Notes: generated by a model from the letters alone, not told the origin. DNA of 63,917 bases, filler included, from Reticulomyxa filosa (GCA_000512085.1; 32 parts of 32 records of this genome joined end to end with filler, not necessarily neighbours in it); one strand, 5' to 3'. Counted from the first letter of the whole stretch, positions 50,797 to 63,650 are shown. Made by a program: numbers and translations.

Positions 50797-51610
50797 ACCA
50801 ATATTATTCATTTTATTATTATTATTGTTATTATTGCTTTGTAATGGCGAAATATCAACACACAAAACAAAATGTTCGTGTCCATTGAAAACATGTAATT
50901 GTTTTGATGTTTCAACATCCCATAAACGAATTGTTGTATCACCAGATCCAGAACATAAATATATCTACCACCATTAAATTGTGAAAATTTAATACAATAA
51001 ACACCCCATATGTGCCCATAGAATATTTGTAACTGTTTATTACATTTGAAATCCCAAAAACGAATAGTATTATCATGTGATGAAGAACAAATGACATTTT
51101 GACGATGATTATGATAATGATATGATGAAAATTTCACACAATACACAAAGGATGAATGTCCATTGAATGATTGAATTTGTTTATTGTTATCAACATCCCA
51201 TACACGAACTGTTTTATCATTTGATCCAGAACAAATGAATTATCTATCATTAAATGTTGAATAATCAAGATTACATATAACACCAGTATGTCCAGTGAAC
51301 ATATTTGATAATTTAGATGATGAGCAAAATGTGTCAAACATGAAGACAGCATATGTCTATGTTAAATAAACATTTGAATAATTTGATTAGTATTTAAAAA
51401 AAAGAAAGAACAAATGAACTAACGTAATTGACAACAAGTTTGTTAAACTCATTAATCCATCCAAATTTGATTTGCAATATTCGAATCCAATGTTGTATAA
51501 TTACTTGAATCTTTTTTTCTTCATGCTGTTTGAATCACAAATTACATATGACAATAAAACAATAAAAAAGGCAACAGACTTTCTGAAAACTTGTAATAAA
51601 GCTTACCAAC
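50797..51610 (-). pseudogene. WD40 repeat pseudogene
   Basis: FTGHT..ICSGSNDKTVRVWD, NGHSSFVYCVKFS, CSGSGDTTIRLWDVET; in-frame TAA near 51241 and a frameshift near 50960. Confidence 0.85.
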
Positions 51611-52121
51611 GCCAGTTGTGTTGAAGTTTGCTAAAGAAATAATGGATTGGTTTAAAGAAAATAATATAGAACTGATAAATTTTCCTCTTAATTCACAAGC
51701 ACTAAATCCAATTTAGAACATTTGGTGGATAATTAAAGTAAAATCATAAAAAGTCAAAAAAATTAATAACAGTCAATAACTTTGTGAAAAATTTGAAAAA
51801 ATATAGGAAAAATTAAAAATCAACTATGTCAAGCTATAGTTTAGTCAATGCCAAGGAAAATTGAAACTGTAATCAATGCAAAAAGAAAACCAACAAAATG
51901 GTAAAAACATTACAAAAAAACAAATTTTTAAATAAAAAAATATTTTTTAAAAAATTTCAAAATTTNNNNNNNNNNNNNNNNNNNNNNNNNNNNNNNNNNN
52001 NNNNNNNNNTTAATTAATTAANNNNNNNNNNNNNNNNNNNNNNNNNNNNNNNNNNNNNNNNNNNNAAAAAAAAAAAAAAAACATTTGTTATGACCCCAGT
52101 ATTATTAATCATATTTTGACA

Positions 52122-53050
52122 GATTTGGATCCAAGTGTGATCGATGATGTAAGACAAAGCAGTTTGAGAGACCTGTTTCGACCACAAAATTTTGTAAAGG
52201 AGACGGGGATTCATCCAATGTTTGTGTGCGTGGACATTATACATTGGATAGTGAAATTTTAGACACTTGAATGGATTTGATCAGAAAACCGACGGAAAAC
52301 TGCGAAAATATGTCATGTTTTATGGTGGCACATATCATGAGCGGATGAAAAGGCTCTGGATTGGGCACATTGCTATTGAGCAGATTGAGTGTACTTTATT
52401 CTAAAAAATAAAAATGGGCATTGATTTATATCAATATCACAATTTTTCAGTGTGTTGTGGAAGATTAAATGCATTGTTTTCAAATCAGTGCTTGATATTT
52501 GATGCAGACATAAATTTATTATTTGACAATTAATCAATTTATAGTATTTGTCAAAGATATTTGAATATTATCATACGGACACAAGCAATGAATTATTTAA
52601 TTACAAAAATTTTGTCAATGTGATTAAATGGAAAATTGAATAAAAACTTGCATGAATTAGTAATAAATTTAGTCACTTTTAATGTTATGCATTTTATGAC
52701 AAGTGGAATTAGTAACATTTGACATTGGATATAATGTAGATAAAGCATATAAATTCAAAATATATAGCGAATGTGTTGTTCGGAACATCAAATTGTTTAG
52801 ATATTTACAAGAAAAAAAGATCTGATCAACTGTTTGATAAATACAATGTTAGCATGTAATATTATTTAACTAAATGCAGAAAATGCTTTATATTGAATCA
52901 ATTTGCAAATGACCGCAATATGAAGCATATGTGCAAATATTGTATATGAAATGACAAAAAGACTTAATAATGTTTTAACAAAAGTCTAGTAATCACAAAA
53001 TGTGTTCTTTGTATTGGAAACCATGCAAATATTACAGTCATTCAATAAGT
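52122..53050 (+). pseudogene. Divergent tubulin (alpha-like) pseudogene
   Basis: DLDPSVIDDVR..LRDLFRPQNFV / SSNVCVRGHYT..EILD..DLIRK..ENC..H..SG*KGSGLGTLLLSRLSV / FDN*SIYSICQRYLNI / GKLNKNLHELVINLV..MHF, with stops and frameshifts; 3' limit approximate. Confidence 0.85.
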
Positions 53051-53646
53051 TCGGCAACATATTAAAATTCATTTTTCAAGAATATAGAAAGTGTTAATAT
53101 TGAAAATAACTTAAAAAGTAAACATACAAAATTGAAGAAACAAAAAACACTGGTGATAAATATAATTCACAACTTTCTATACAACAAATAATTGAATCAA
53201 AAGTATAAGAATAGTCACAAAGACAAATATATAAGTACAAGATATCGATCAATGTGGATACGATGTCGTAAAATAACAACTAAGAAAACATAAATAGAAG
53301 CAACGAAGTAACGAAGCTTCGAAGAGAACTCTAACAACTGCTGAAAACTGTAGAAGATTTGACATCAATGGTAATCGCTAAGTAAAATCAAAGACTAGGA
53401 TATAAAATTCTGGACGAACAGTGATTCTATGCATAGCATATATTCATGCATCACAAAGAAATCACCAAAATAAGTTCAATATATTATGATACAAATTATA
53501 TTATGTGGAAATGTACTTCCTGACAAAAATGAAACAAATTAGTTCTTAAGCTTATAAAAATATTCACAAGATAATTGTACTTTATAAATGAAGTGATAAC
53601 GACAGATCGCACATACACTAGTATCATTTAATCTAATGCCGTTCTA

Positions 53647-55146
53647 CAGTTGCGACAAAAAAAAATTAGCTAATACTAAAATATGAACTTTTTGTGTTTC
53701 TAAACAAATTTAGTAGCAAATTGTGATTATCTTTTCTGGTTTACTGTATGTACACTTAGAAAAGTTGTTTGAAGAAAAAAATTTTCAAAAATGATTAGAA
53801 GGCGTTAGTTTTACTGTTGTACTTGTTTTAGTTGATGTCACAGTTTTCCATATAAACATTTCTTTTTCAATATTCCAACAAGTTTTTTGTTTTTATTGTT
53901 ATCATTTGGCTTCTAGTCATGATCCACAAGTTGTCTTTAATCAACAATGAATTTTATTTGAAAGAATACGTATGTGATTGTCGTATAGTGACCAATTTGT
54001 GATACATCATGACAAAGCAAAAAAAGTTTACCTCAGAATCCTAAACAGTGGAACGATTACACGTAAAAGATATTATATATGCATAAAACGTGGACTTATA
54101 GAGATTCGCTTAATTTACTTTGGATATGCACAAACATCATTAGATTTGCAGCGACTACTAGCACGAACATATAAAAGAGCGCTCTCCGTTAGCACGGTGA
54201 AGAACATTTTAAAATCACAGTGTTTAATATCAAAAAGCCTTGTTTAGAGTTCGCCAAAAAACACAAATCATTGACCAAAAGTGAATGTAGAAAAGTGATT
54301 TTTTCCGATGAAACGAAAATAAATCGTTTCTGAAGTGAATGAAAAGAATACATTTGGCGAAGACCTAATGAAATAATTTCCGATCTTGCTACTAAGCCTA
54401 CTGTGAAAGGTGGTGGAGGAAGCATGATGATTTGTGGATGCTGCCAAAATTACAGTGACTGTTAACTCTGAGTTGTATGACGAAATATGAAACTATCGTC
54501 AATATTGTATCAAATAAAAGTATCATGAGGACTTTATCTTACAATGCATATTGTCACAAGTCAAATTCAACTATGGAATTTTTGGAGAATCATCGAATAG
54601 CTTAGAACATCTTCCGATAATATGTGGCAAATTATAAAGATGAAGATCCATCAAAATCATGAGGTTATATCTTTGGAGCAGCTTTGGGAGGTGTTTGAGA
54701 AAGAATGTGAATATATTGACAAAGATATTTTTAGAACGTTAGTAGAATCAATGCATGATAGGATAAAAACTGTGATCAAAGCAATTAGTGTGCATACGAA
54801 ATATTAAGAATTTTGTTGGTATTTTTGTTTGTTTTTATTTGTTTGTAACGGTAGTTATTATATCTACTGTGAAAACTTACTCTTGTAAATAATTTTGTAA
54901 AAAGCAAATACATTCTGCTACCTACATCAAGGTAATGTTGAAATTTTGCCTCAATTAATCATTTTTGAAAATTTTTTTCTTCCAACAACTTTTCTAAATT
55001 TTTGTTTATTGTTTTTACAAAATACTTTAAAATTGTAAACATATATACAGTAAACCAGAAAAAATAATCACAGTTTGATACTAAAATTTTGTTTAGAAAC
55101 ACAAAAGTTCATATTTTAGTGTTGCCAATTTTTTTTGTCGCAGCTA
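53647..55146 (+). mobile_element. Full-length decayed Tc1-family DNA transposon
   Basis: TA|CAGTTGCGACAAAA ... TTTTGTCGCAGCTA|TA with ~150-200-bp imperfect TIRs; transposase remnants SVSTVKNIL, LEFAKKH, VIFSDETKIN, PTVKGGGGSMMICGC, NMWQIIK, LVESMHDRIKTVIKA..HTKY. Confidence 0.93.
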
Positions 55147-55802
55147 TATACTTGCGACTAATCTGCCATTAGATTGAATTGATCAATATCTAAAAGTTAT
55201 TTCACTATGTCAAATAATTCTGGCATATTAGTTTATTTAAACGCATTTACAAAAAATTTAACTTAATTTACTATAATCGTGCATTTGTGCATTGGTACGC
55301 TGAACAAGTTTTATACAATCTATTCTTTGGTTGTGCTAGCAAATTTTTGCCCACTTTGGAAAAAGATTATCTTGAACTTTCAAATGAACAGCTCAGCATT
55401 GATGAATATGATGAATCTGACTATTAATCATTTCGTCATTTCCTCAAATTTTTATTTTTTTCTGTTAATAAAAGGCACTTGCGTGATTCACTTAAAAACG
55501 TCTTACTTTTTACTATTAAAAATATTTAAATAAGTAAAAAAAAATAAATTATTTCTTAAGAGTATTGGCGACAATATGTGTTATTATTTTTAAGAAACTC
55601 TAGTTTTATTGTAATTTTAAAAGAAAAGTTCGAAATTTTTGTTTGCATTATTCTTTTCGTTCAATAAAATGCTTTTAAGTAAAAGGTTTTTAATGTTTCC
55701 ATCTTGTACTTTGGAACTGTTAGATAGAAAGTGGCTGAATCATGCAAGGGGAGCAGGGAAAAAAGGGGGAATACTTAATTTTTCTGACGTAATCTAAAAA
55801 AA

Positions 55803-57065
55803 ATGTCAAGAGAAGGGGAAAAGTTGGAAATTAAAGAAAGTGTACCATCAATGGATAAAACATCCACATCAACAGTGACCAGAAGTTCATGCGATCATTT
55901 ATTAGCCTTGGTTCGCATATCAAAAAGTTTGAAACAATACGATAAGATGCGAGGGTATATGCAGGAGCTAATACAATCCCGTCTAAGCGAGTACTCGTTA
56001 ACTCAAGATCTGTTATCAATGGAAGAGAAGCAAATATTGAACGATATGTACAAGAACATGATAATTCCTAAGCGTAAATCCTGGCGAACATTATGCGCGC
56101 CATTCTTTGATCCAGCATTCAAGAACGATCAGCCAGACCCACAATTGTTGAGTGTGTATACGCAATGGATCGCTGACGAGCTGGCCTCGATATGTGACGA
56201 ATTGATTGACTTAGTGATCAATACATTATTGAAGAGACTGGAACAAACGTTGAGTATGATATCCGAAAGTACTTTGCATAGCATGCATGGACAAAAGATG
56301 ATTGAAGGAAAGGTCTATTACTTGAAAATGTGTGGCGATTATTACAAACATTTGAGCGAGTTTCGTGCAAAGAAAAAGTCAATGTACTATTTGAAATGTG
56401 AAGAGTACTACAGCAAAGCCTATCAATGCAGCAAAAAGTACTTCCAAGAGTACTGGTGCAAACCCTTGCACCTCAATGTCACCATCGATTATAGTTTGTG
56501 TTTGTACGAGTTTTTTAAAAACAAAGAAAAAGCACTTCACTTGTTGCTCACCGAGTTTGACAAATGCATCCTCCATTTTCAATCTCTCACTGACGTATAC
56601 TACAACGAGTGTGTACACTATTTGAATATCATCAAACACTATATCGTTCTTTGGGACAAAGAGTCGAGAAAATATGATGAAGAGTTTGAATTTGATCGTG
56701 AGGATGAGGATGAAGAGGAGGAAGAGGAAGAAGAAGAAGAGGAGGAGGATGACGATGGATTTGGTGGTGGAGATATATCTTCTGTCGATGAGTTTAGGAA
56801 ACCCAAAAAAAAGAGATTGAAAAAATTCAAACGAATGAGCCACAATAGTGATCAAAACAGCAGTGACAGCTATGAGGTAGTTTGGGATGAACAACTCCAT
56901 TTGGAAATTCAAAAACTCTTTCGCAAACCCGTTCGCCCCAGTAAATCACGACAATTTCATGTTTTCAAAACCGGAGTCAATCCCTCAAACCGTGACCACC
57001 AAACCCCACCCGATCCCAACACACATGCTGTTTCGGGAAGCGAGGACGATGCTAGATCGTGGTAA
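55803..57065 (+). CDS. Divergent 14-3-3-like protein with acidic/basic C-terminal extension
   Basis: QYDKM..YM, LSMEEKQIL..YKNMI..KRKSWR, EL.SICDELIDL, KVYYLKMCGDYY.HLSEF, LYE...KEKA, LW; intact intronless ORF. Confidence 0.88.
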   Translation: MSREGEKLEIKESVPSMDKTSTSTVTRSSCDHLLALVRISKSLKQYDKMRGYMQELIQSRLSEYSLTQDLLSMEEKQILNDMYKNMIIPKRKSWRTLCAPFFDPAFKNDQPDPQLLSVYTQWIADELASICDELIDLVINTLLKRLEQTLSMISESTLHSMHGQKMIEGKVYYLKMCGDYYKHLSEFRAKKKSMYYLKCEEYYSKAYQCSKKYFQEYWCKPLHLNVTIDYSLCLYEFFKNKEKALHLLLTEFDKCILHFQSLTDVYYNECVHYLNIIKHYIVLWDKESRKYDEEFEFDREDEDEEEEEEEEEEEEDDDGFGGGDISSVDEFRKPKKKRLKKFKRMSHNSDQNSSDSYEVVWDEQLHLEIQKLFRKPVRPSKSRQFHVFKTGVNPSNRDHQTPPDPNTHAVSGSEDDARSW

Positions 57066-57753
57066 TTAGAAGTCTTTCGTTTGGCGAGGGCTTTTCACAA
57101 GAAAAAAAATTGGAGGAGGCACATTTTTATTGCTTGCACAAAAAAAAAAAACAATATATACTTTACTCTTATTTTTTTCAATTGTTGTGACGATTTTTTT
57201 TTTGGTTGATTTTGTTTTGCTTGTTTTTTATCGTTTTTTGTTTTAGCAATAAAAATTCTTTTCTATCAGCCTGAAATATTGCATCTGGGACTTTTCTTCC
57301 ACTTGTTGCTGGATTGTTGTTTGTGATTTGCGATATCTGTTTACGTTGATAATTTCCTCGTGGTTGATCCGTATGTTGATATTATCGCATGTCTTGGCAA
57401 CATCTAACATCATTGCCGAAAGGCATAAGTACAAATCGAAGAAGCGGTATTTACGCAACAAATTCGAAAAATATGAAAGGCCAAAGAGCCTCAAACTGGA
57501 CAATATCGAATATTTTCTTATTTTTTTTGATGCTGATATAACGTATATGACGAGCATACTTTGGTCATAGTTAGTAAGTCGTTGCTATACAAAATATATA
57601 ATCATAATAACAAATAAAACTACAATATATTTTAAAAATATATTATCTCTTTTGAAAAAAAAATAAAATATCACAACCATAATTAATTTAAACAAGTTAA
57701 TTGCAATGTGATTAAAATGAAAAACGCTCGAATAAATGTCAAATAATGATTTA

Positions 57754-57817
57754 CAGTAAATTGCAAAAAACTGCCATACCTAAATGGCACTATATGAAGA
57801 GAATCGATTTTCTCCAT
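57754..57817 (+). mobile_element. TA|CAGTA terminal-repeat family copy, cut by contig end
   Basis: TA|CAGTAAATTGCAAAAAACTGCCATACCTAAATGGC; near-identical to 63881-63917. Confidence 0.7.
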
Positions 57818-58362
57818 NNNNNNNNNNNNNNNNNNNNNNNNNNNNNNNNNNNNNNNNNNNNTTAATTAATTAANNNNNNNNNNNNNNNNNNNNNNNNNNN
57901 NNNNNNNNNNNNNNNNNAATAACAAAAAAAAAAAACGTTACTTCGTTCTTTTCCCGTGCTTTCATGTATTATTTTTTAACGAGGATTACTTATAACAAAA
58001 CAGCAACAAACGCGGGTGATATATCTAGTTTTTTTGTTGGTGGTTTTTTGTATTTTCTTTTTTTTTTTTTATGCTCGCTTGGATTTTGTGATATTCTTCT
58101 CGTTGTCAACTTTTGAGAAAGATTTATAAAATCAAAATAACTTCAATTCATACTTTCAGATCTATGACCAAAATTTTTCAATTTACACCAAAGTTCTGGC
58201 AATAACAAAAAAAACACACTTTAGAAGAGAAAGGAGTATAAGGAGGGGGTTCATTTCATTGAGTTTTTTTAACGACAAATGTTTATATATTGAATAAGTT
58301 CGAAAAGAGCTTAAAAAAAATAAAAAATCATAAAAAGAAAAAGAAAAAAAAAACTGAAATAA

Positions 58363-59816
58363 ATGGCGACCTCATTACGAGGTTTCGGTACATATGGCAC
58401 AAGACAAGAAGAGCATAAACCAGTGTTGTTGTTTCAGTCGAAGCCATTGACAGAGTGGATGAGATTTTGGAGGAGTCGTTGGCGTAAAGTGAAGAAGATC
58501 GAAAAAGTGTATTTAGGAATAGTAATCCTCCACGCGCTAATGTTATTTGCGTTGGGGGTGTACAGTCTAATAAGACACTCGTTGCCAAAGACGTTTGTAC
58601 TTTTGGCATTTTTCATAGGCTTTTGTTTTTTCCTTTTTAGCGTGGAAAGTGTATTGACTGAGAATTATGTGCAGCTGCGTTGTTCCATATTATCCGCTAT
58701 GTTTATCTCGGCATATTTAGTTTGGTACTATGCCGACAACACCGACGAAGTGTCCACATTTGCACTTGTTTTGATTGCGCTCAGTTGTATTATTTCCCTT
58801 TCGTATGTTCCATTGGTTTAGTGGTCCCTTTTTTTTTTTAAAAAAAAAAGGGAAGAGGGGGAGAAATTTGACTTTTTTTTTTCCAAAAAAAAAAAAAGCA
58901 CTAATAACGGTGCAACAACATTGTAATGAATAAAACAATATAGTATTATTTTGTGAAAGAGTCATTCGGTTGGTATCGCTACGAGGCAATGACCAAGCCA
59001 AATGAAATGCTGATGAAGTGCTACTTGCAATATCAATCCTTTAATTCATTCTTGCAATTGGACACGGAATTGGTCATTATCTTCATTTTTGTGCTGGTCA
59101 TCCCCGAGCATTCCAGGGCTAATATCACCGGAAGCATTAGTTGGATTATCATTCAATTTGTATGGACTTTGATAGGTTTTTTTTCATTTTATATACATAT
59201 ACGTATACATGTACATATATATTATATGAGAGGGGGGAGAAAAAAAAAAGATCACTACATTTTTTTATTAAAAAAAAAAGGCGAAGTTAGTGTTCGATTT
59301 GAAACACGCTATTTGGCGAGCATATTTTTGATGATGAGTGTGATAATTCCGGCTTACTTTATCGCTGAGCTGTATTGGATATTGTCCGAGGATAGGGACA
59401 AAGGGGCGCTCTACATAACGCGCAAACAGTATATCGTCACGTTTGTGCTGTTTGTTCTGGCGAGGTTCCTCAGCTTGTATTGGAGTGTGTTGTGCATCCT
59501 CAATTTCGGAAAGGGCTTGAAAAACGAAGTGTTTATCAATGGACGTAACACCTTCATGACTGCTGGGCTTTTGAATCAGGTTATCGATGTCGTCGACAGG
59601 CTTGATAAAAAAGAAGGGATTCTGGGAAAAACTGTCGGCACGTTCACGCGCTTGGGGGCCAATACCGAAGAAGAAACGCCTGATCAGCAACTTGCAGACG
59701 TCGAAGAAGAAGAAGACACTGCGCAAGACGACTTAGAACAGAATAATGATAACGATAATGATAATGATAACGACAAAAATAATGATAGCGACAAAGATAG
59801 AGACTTTTTTCGATAA
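58363..59816 (+). CDS. Multi-pass membrane protein, UPF0658 (Golgi)-like
   Basis: ESVLTEN..QL, ESFGW..Y, YQSF.SFLQLD, VRFE..YL, CILNFGKGLK; at least two introns; family assignment from motif recall. Confidence 0.6.
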
Positions 59817-60203
59817 CATTTCATTGTTTGGAGAGAGATAGAAGGAAAAGAAGGGGATGATGAAGAGGAATTGATTGTGCAAATCACCAATGTATTTGTA
59901 TCAGCATCGATACTCAGTTATCTGCGGAAAAAGGGACACGTTTTTTTGTTTGAACAAAAAGAGTAATTCATATTTTAGACTTGATTTCTTTCTGCGTGTG
60001 AGTTGGCAATGCCTTTTTGATTATTATTTGTTATCTTGTTTTTTTTTTTCCTTTTCAAACTAACGAATCTTTATTGTAATGACCACATACGTAGTCTTTG
60101 GTTTAACTCGCAAGGCAACTGCATATGACACTATGTGCCAAATAGCTTTTGACAAGCAACACAACACTATTTCTGTCAATTTCTAGAGTGTGTATATTTG
60201 ATG

Positions 60204-60885
60204 ATTGAATCTTTCACACGATTATGCAATTGAGTCTTCGTTTCAAATCACAATTTTTCATTGATTGAACTTGTAAGTAGTAACATGCAACCACAACCAA
60301 GGCAATAAGCTGTTCCGAATGAATATTGATAATCAAAGATTTTGAGAATTTTTTTTTAACTAAATTATAATGATTGTGAAAGTAGACAATATCCATATAA
60401 TGCGAATAAATATAATGTCAAATATGTTCGTTTTAGTAACTCAATTGGAATCTTGATTACAAATTGTTTGAACATCTTTAAAATAATCTAAATACTATTT
60501 TTTTATTATGAAAAACAAAAAAAAATTATATTATTAGCTTGAGACTTGAACTCACATCTAAGAGCTGCGAAGTTTATCCATACTTAAGTGTCTGCGAGTT
60601 ATTTAGTGCTGGTATGACTCAAGCAGCGCAGTCTCATGCTCCAATTGAGTTACTAAAACGAACATATTTGACATTATATTTATTCGCATTATATGGATAT
60701 TGTCTACTTTCACAATCATTATAATTTAGTTAAAAAAAAATTCTCATAATCTTTGATTATCAATATTCATTCGGAACAGCTTATTGCCTTGGTTGTGGTT
60801 GCATGTTACTACTTACAAGTTCAATCAATGAAAAATTGTGATTTGAAACGAAGACTCAATTGCATAATCGTGTGAAAGATTCAAT
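60204..60885. repeat. 246-bp inverted repeat, arms 60204-60449 and 60640-60885
   Basis: Arms are reverse complements with one mismatch noticed (near 60342); the right arm runs to the contig end. Confidence 0.92.
60532..60659 (-). pseudogene. tRNA-like sequence with a ~55-60-nt insertion in the anticodon loop
   Basis: GTTTTAG TA ACTCAATTGGAGC A TGAGA CT-[insert]-TCTTA GAT GTGAG TTCAAGT CTCAA GCTAATA: A-box, anticodon stem, B-box/T-arm and a partial acceptor stem. Confidence 0.4.
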
Positions 60886-63567
60886 NNNNNNNNNNNNNNN
60901 NNNNNNNNNNNNNNNNNNNNNNNNNNNNNTTAATTAATTAANNNNNNNNNNNNNNNNNNNNNNNNNNNNNNNNNNNNNNNNNNNNAAGGAGGATTGAAAT
61001 TAGTATTATAAAAAATCAAAAAATTTGAGCCAAGTATCAATTACTTGCAATCGAATAAAAAAATTTGATTAAAGGCTCGTGTACAATGATATCATCTTCT
61101 TTTGTTGTGACCAAAGAATTTATTATTGAATCTTCCAAATCATTCTTTGGACGAAATCCATTTGTAAATGATAACAAACAAATATGTTCCGTCTTAGTAT
61201 CGATTTTTTTTGAAAAAAAATCAAAAATGTCACACGGTCTTCTTGTGCCAACTTAGAACAACATAAATCTGTTGGAAATTCAATGCAGTGATGTTTACTT
61301 CATTTATGTACGTAAATCAACCGAAAAATATATACAATTAAGTTGTATTGACTATGAACAATTTAAGATTTTTCAAATTCAGAAATGTTAGCAAATTGTT
61401 TTGTTATAAGTACTTAAGGATCAACAACAAAAATCTCCCTTTTCTTTGAAAAAGAAAAATGTTAAAAATAAGATCCAGTCTTACATACAATTTTTTAAGT
61501 TTCCCAACTCCAGAAGAAGAAGAAGTAGTTTTCAAAATCTTATTGGAAGAGCATATCTCCTCTTTTCTAAAAGTAAAAACGACCACACAGAGAGCTTCGG
61601 TGAGAATGATCCAGAACAAACACCCTCTGAAGTGTGTCCAGGAATACTTGGGAATGGCCCGTGAAATAACAATAGATAAGGAGAATTTGACTATTTGAAT
61701 CACCACGAGCGCTTTACATATACAACATGACGGACAATCTCCAGTATTGGATAGTCCTTGTTGAAAAGGAGCCATTTGTTATATGTTGCGAAAACGGCGG
61801 ATTGCCGTCACATAACACTTTGTCGTCGCTTCAGTTTTTCAAAATTACACATTACAACATCAATTTGTTTGGACACAAAAACGCTTGCAATGCAGTTCTT
61901 TTCTCGCAATTGTCTTTATCATCTTCATGTTATACGTATTATTCTTTTCATCTACCTACATGACGGCAAGAAGACATTACCCGAAGTCTTTTTTGTAAAT
62001 AGTGACAAGAATCAATCCTCATTTCGCACAGTCAAACACGCTTTCTTTTAGATTTAAAATGTTAAAATCAAAAGTTTTTTACGATGGGTACGATTTGGCT
62101 ATAAAGAAGTCAAGTGAGCTGAAGGTGGATTACAATTATCATTAAGAAAAATAAAAAAAAGCACAATACACAAAAAAACACATTTTCAATCAAAAAATGT
62201 TATGCAAGCGTTAAATACTTGCGATTAAATATGCCATAAATTTGGCATTGTTTGTACTTCGCTTCATCTTTGCTTGACACCGCAACCACAACAGCTACTT
62301 TCCAAGTTCTTGANNNNNNNNNNNNNNNNNNNNNNNNNNNNNNNNNNNNNNNNNNNNTTAATTAATTAANNNNNNNNNNNNNNNNNNNNNNNNNNNNNNN
62401 NNNNNNNNNNNNNGAGAAAGAATTATTTTGGTTGTATCAGTTCTTTATTGTTTAAAAAAATAGCAATTGTCAAGTGGAATATTGAACAAAAGAAAAGATC
62501 TTTATATTTTTTTTATATAAATAATGAAAATGAAAATAGATCAATGCATATCACCACTTGTAAAATTGATGAAAATTCATTTTTTGACAATGGAGAAACT
62601 TTGGCCAAGTTTGTTCAATATCTGAAGAATCAATGTTGGATGTATGTGAAACAATAATTCTCAAATGATTGAGATTAAATAAATATTATAGAATTGGATG
62701 TAATAGAAATGATCACACACATTAAGAGTATCCAAAGCACAACTATCACATTGAAATTTTCTGTTGTAATTAGTCCCTCGTACAAGAATAAACAGAAAGT
62801 TAAGTTTCGAAGTGAAGCTTTGCACAATAATTATGTTTTTTTTCAGACGAGTTATACACATCAACATAACAACTTACTCATAATAAAGATTGTCTGCAGT
62901 TATATCCATATCTTTCAAAATGCAATCAAATATTTTTTTTATTTTTTCATCGCTTCAAAAATCAAATATTTGTGATAATTTGTTCAAGTCATAGTAAACG
63001 ATAATTTATCACCATTGATAGTCATTTGAGTATGGTATGCTCAAAATTGGAATGATATTATCAACATTTCGAAGCTTTAATATTGAATGGAATCATTAAA
63101 AAAAATTGAAACAACAAAGGTGAACTGAAAGTGACGAATACATAAAAAAATAATACTGCCATTGTTAGACTTTGCCGACATATAAGGAAAGAAAGTTAGT
63201 GTAACAAATACGATAATTCAAAACCATTCAAAAAATTATCGTGTAAATCTTTGTATTACAATCATTCATTTGTCGATCTATCACACAATTAACTTTTTTC
63301 TTTTTTTAATATTCTAAATTATTTTCTATGTCAAAACTTGTGATAATATATTTAAGTTAGTTGAGTTTCTGATTCTATCTTGTTTGTTTGTTATGCAATA
63401 ACTTTGCCAATCTGTTACAAATGATTCTCATTTTGTTATAATCTGTCATGCAAAATATGTTATAACAAAATTTAAAATCATAAAGTATTTTAAAAGAAGT
63501 GTTATGAATGAAAAATTAAAATGTTATCTATGTAAAATTTTTTTCTGTAGACTTTCCATTAAGATTA

Positions 63568-63650
63568 ATATGAAAAAAAATAAAAAATATATGAATGAAA
63601 TGCCCTTGACATGGGCAATAATTGTACATATTTTGAGACTTCAACTCAGA
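63568..63650 (+). repeat. Dispersed repeat shared with 5350-5430
   Basis: AATGCCCTTGAC.TGGGC...A.ATG.ACATATTTT present in both. Confidence 0.6.

Noticed and set aside
19678-51610. NACHT, WD40, Kelch, F-box, PUB and Hsp70 genes as a linked defence island
   Set aside because: All lie on separate contigs; their proximity is an artefact of concatenation.
50797-54807. In-frame TAA/TGA as evidence for an alternative genetic code or readthrough
   Set aside because: The stops co-occur with frameshifts and deletions, and intact genes in the window end at TAA, TAG and TGA normally.
61404-62051. Overlapping short ORFs as a gene
   Set aside because: Possibly a decayed gene, but I found no recognisable motif or consistent frame.
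2360-62413. Regularly recurring TTAATTAATTAA as a CRISPR-like or biological repeat
   Set aside because: Always embedded in fixed N-runs; it is a synthetic six-frame stop linker.
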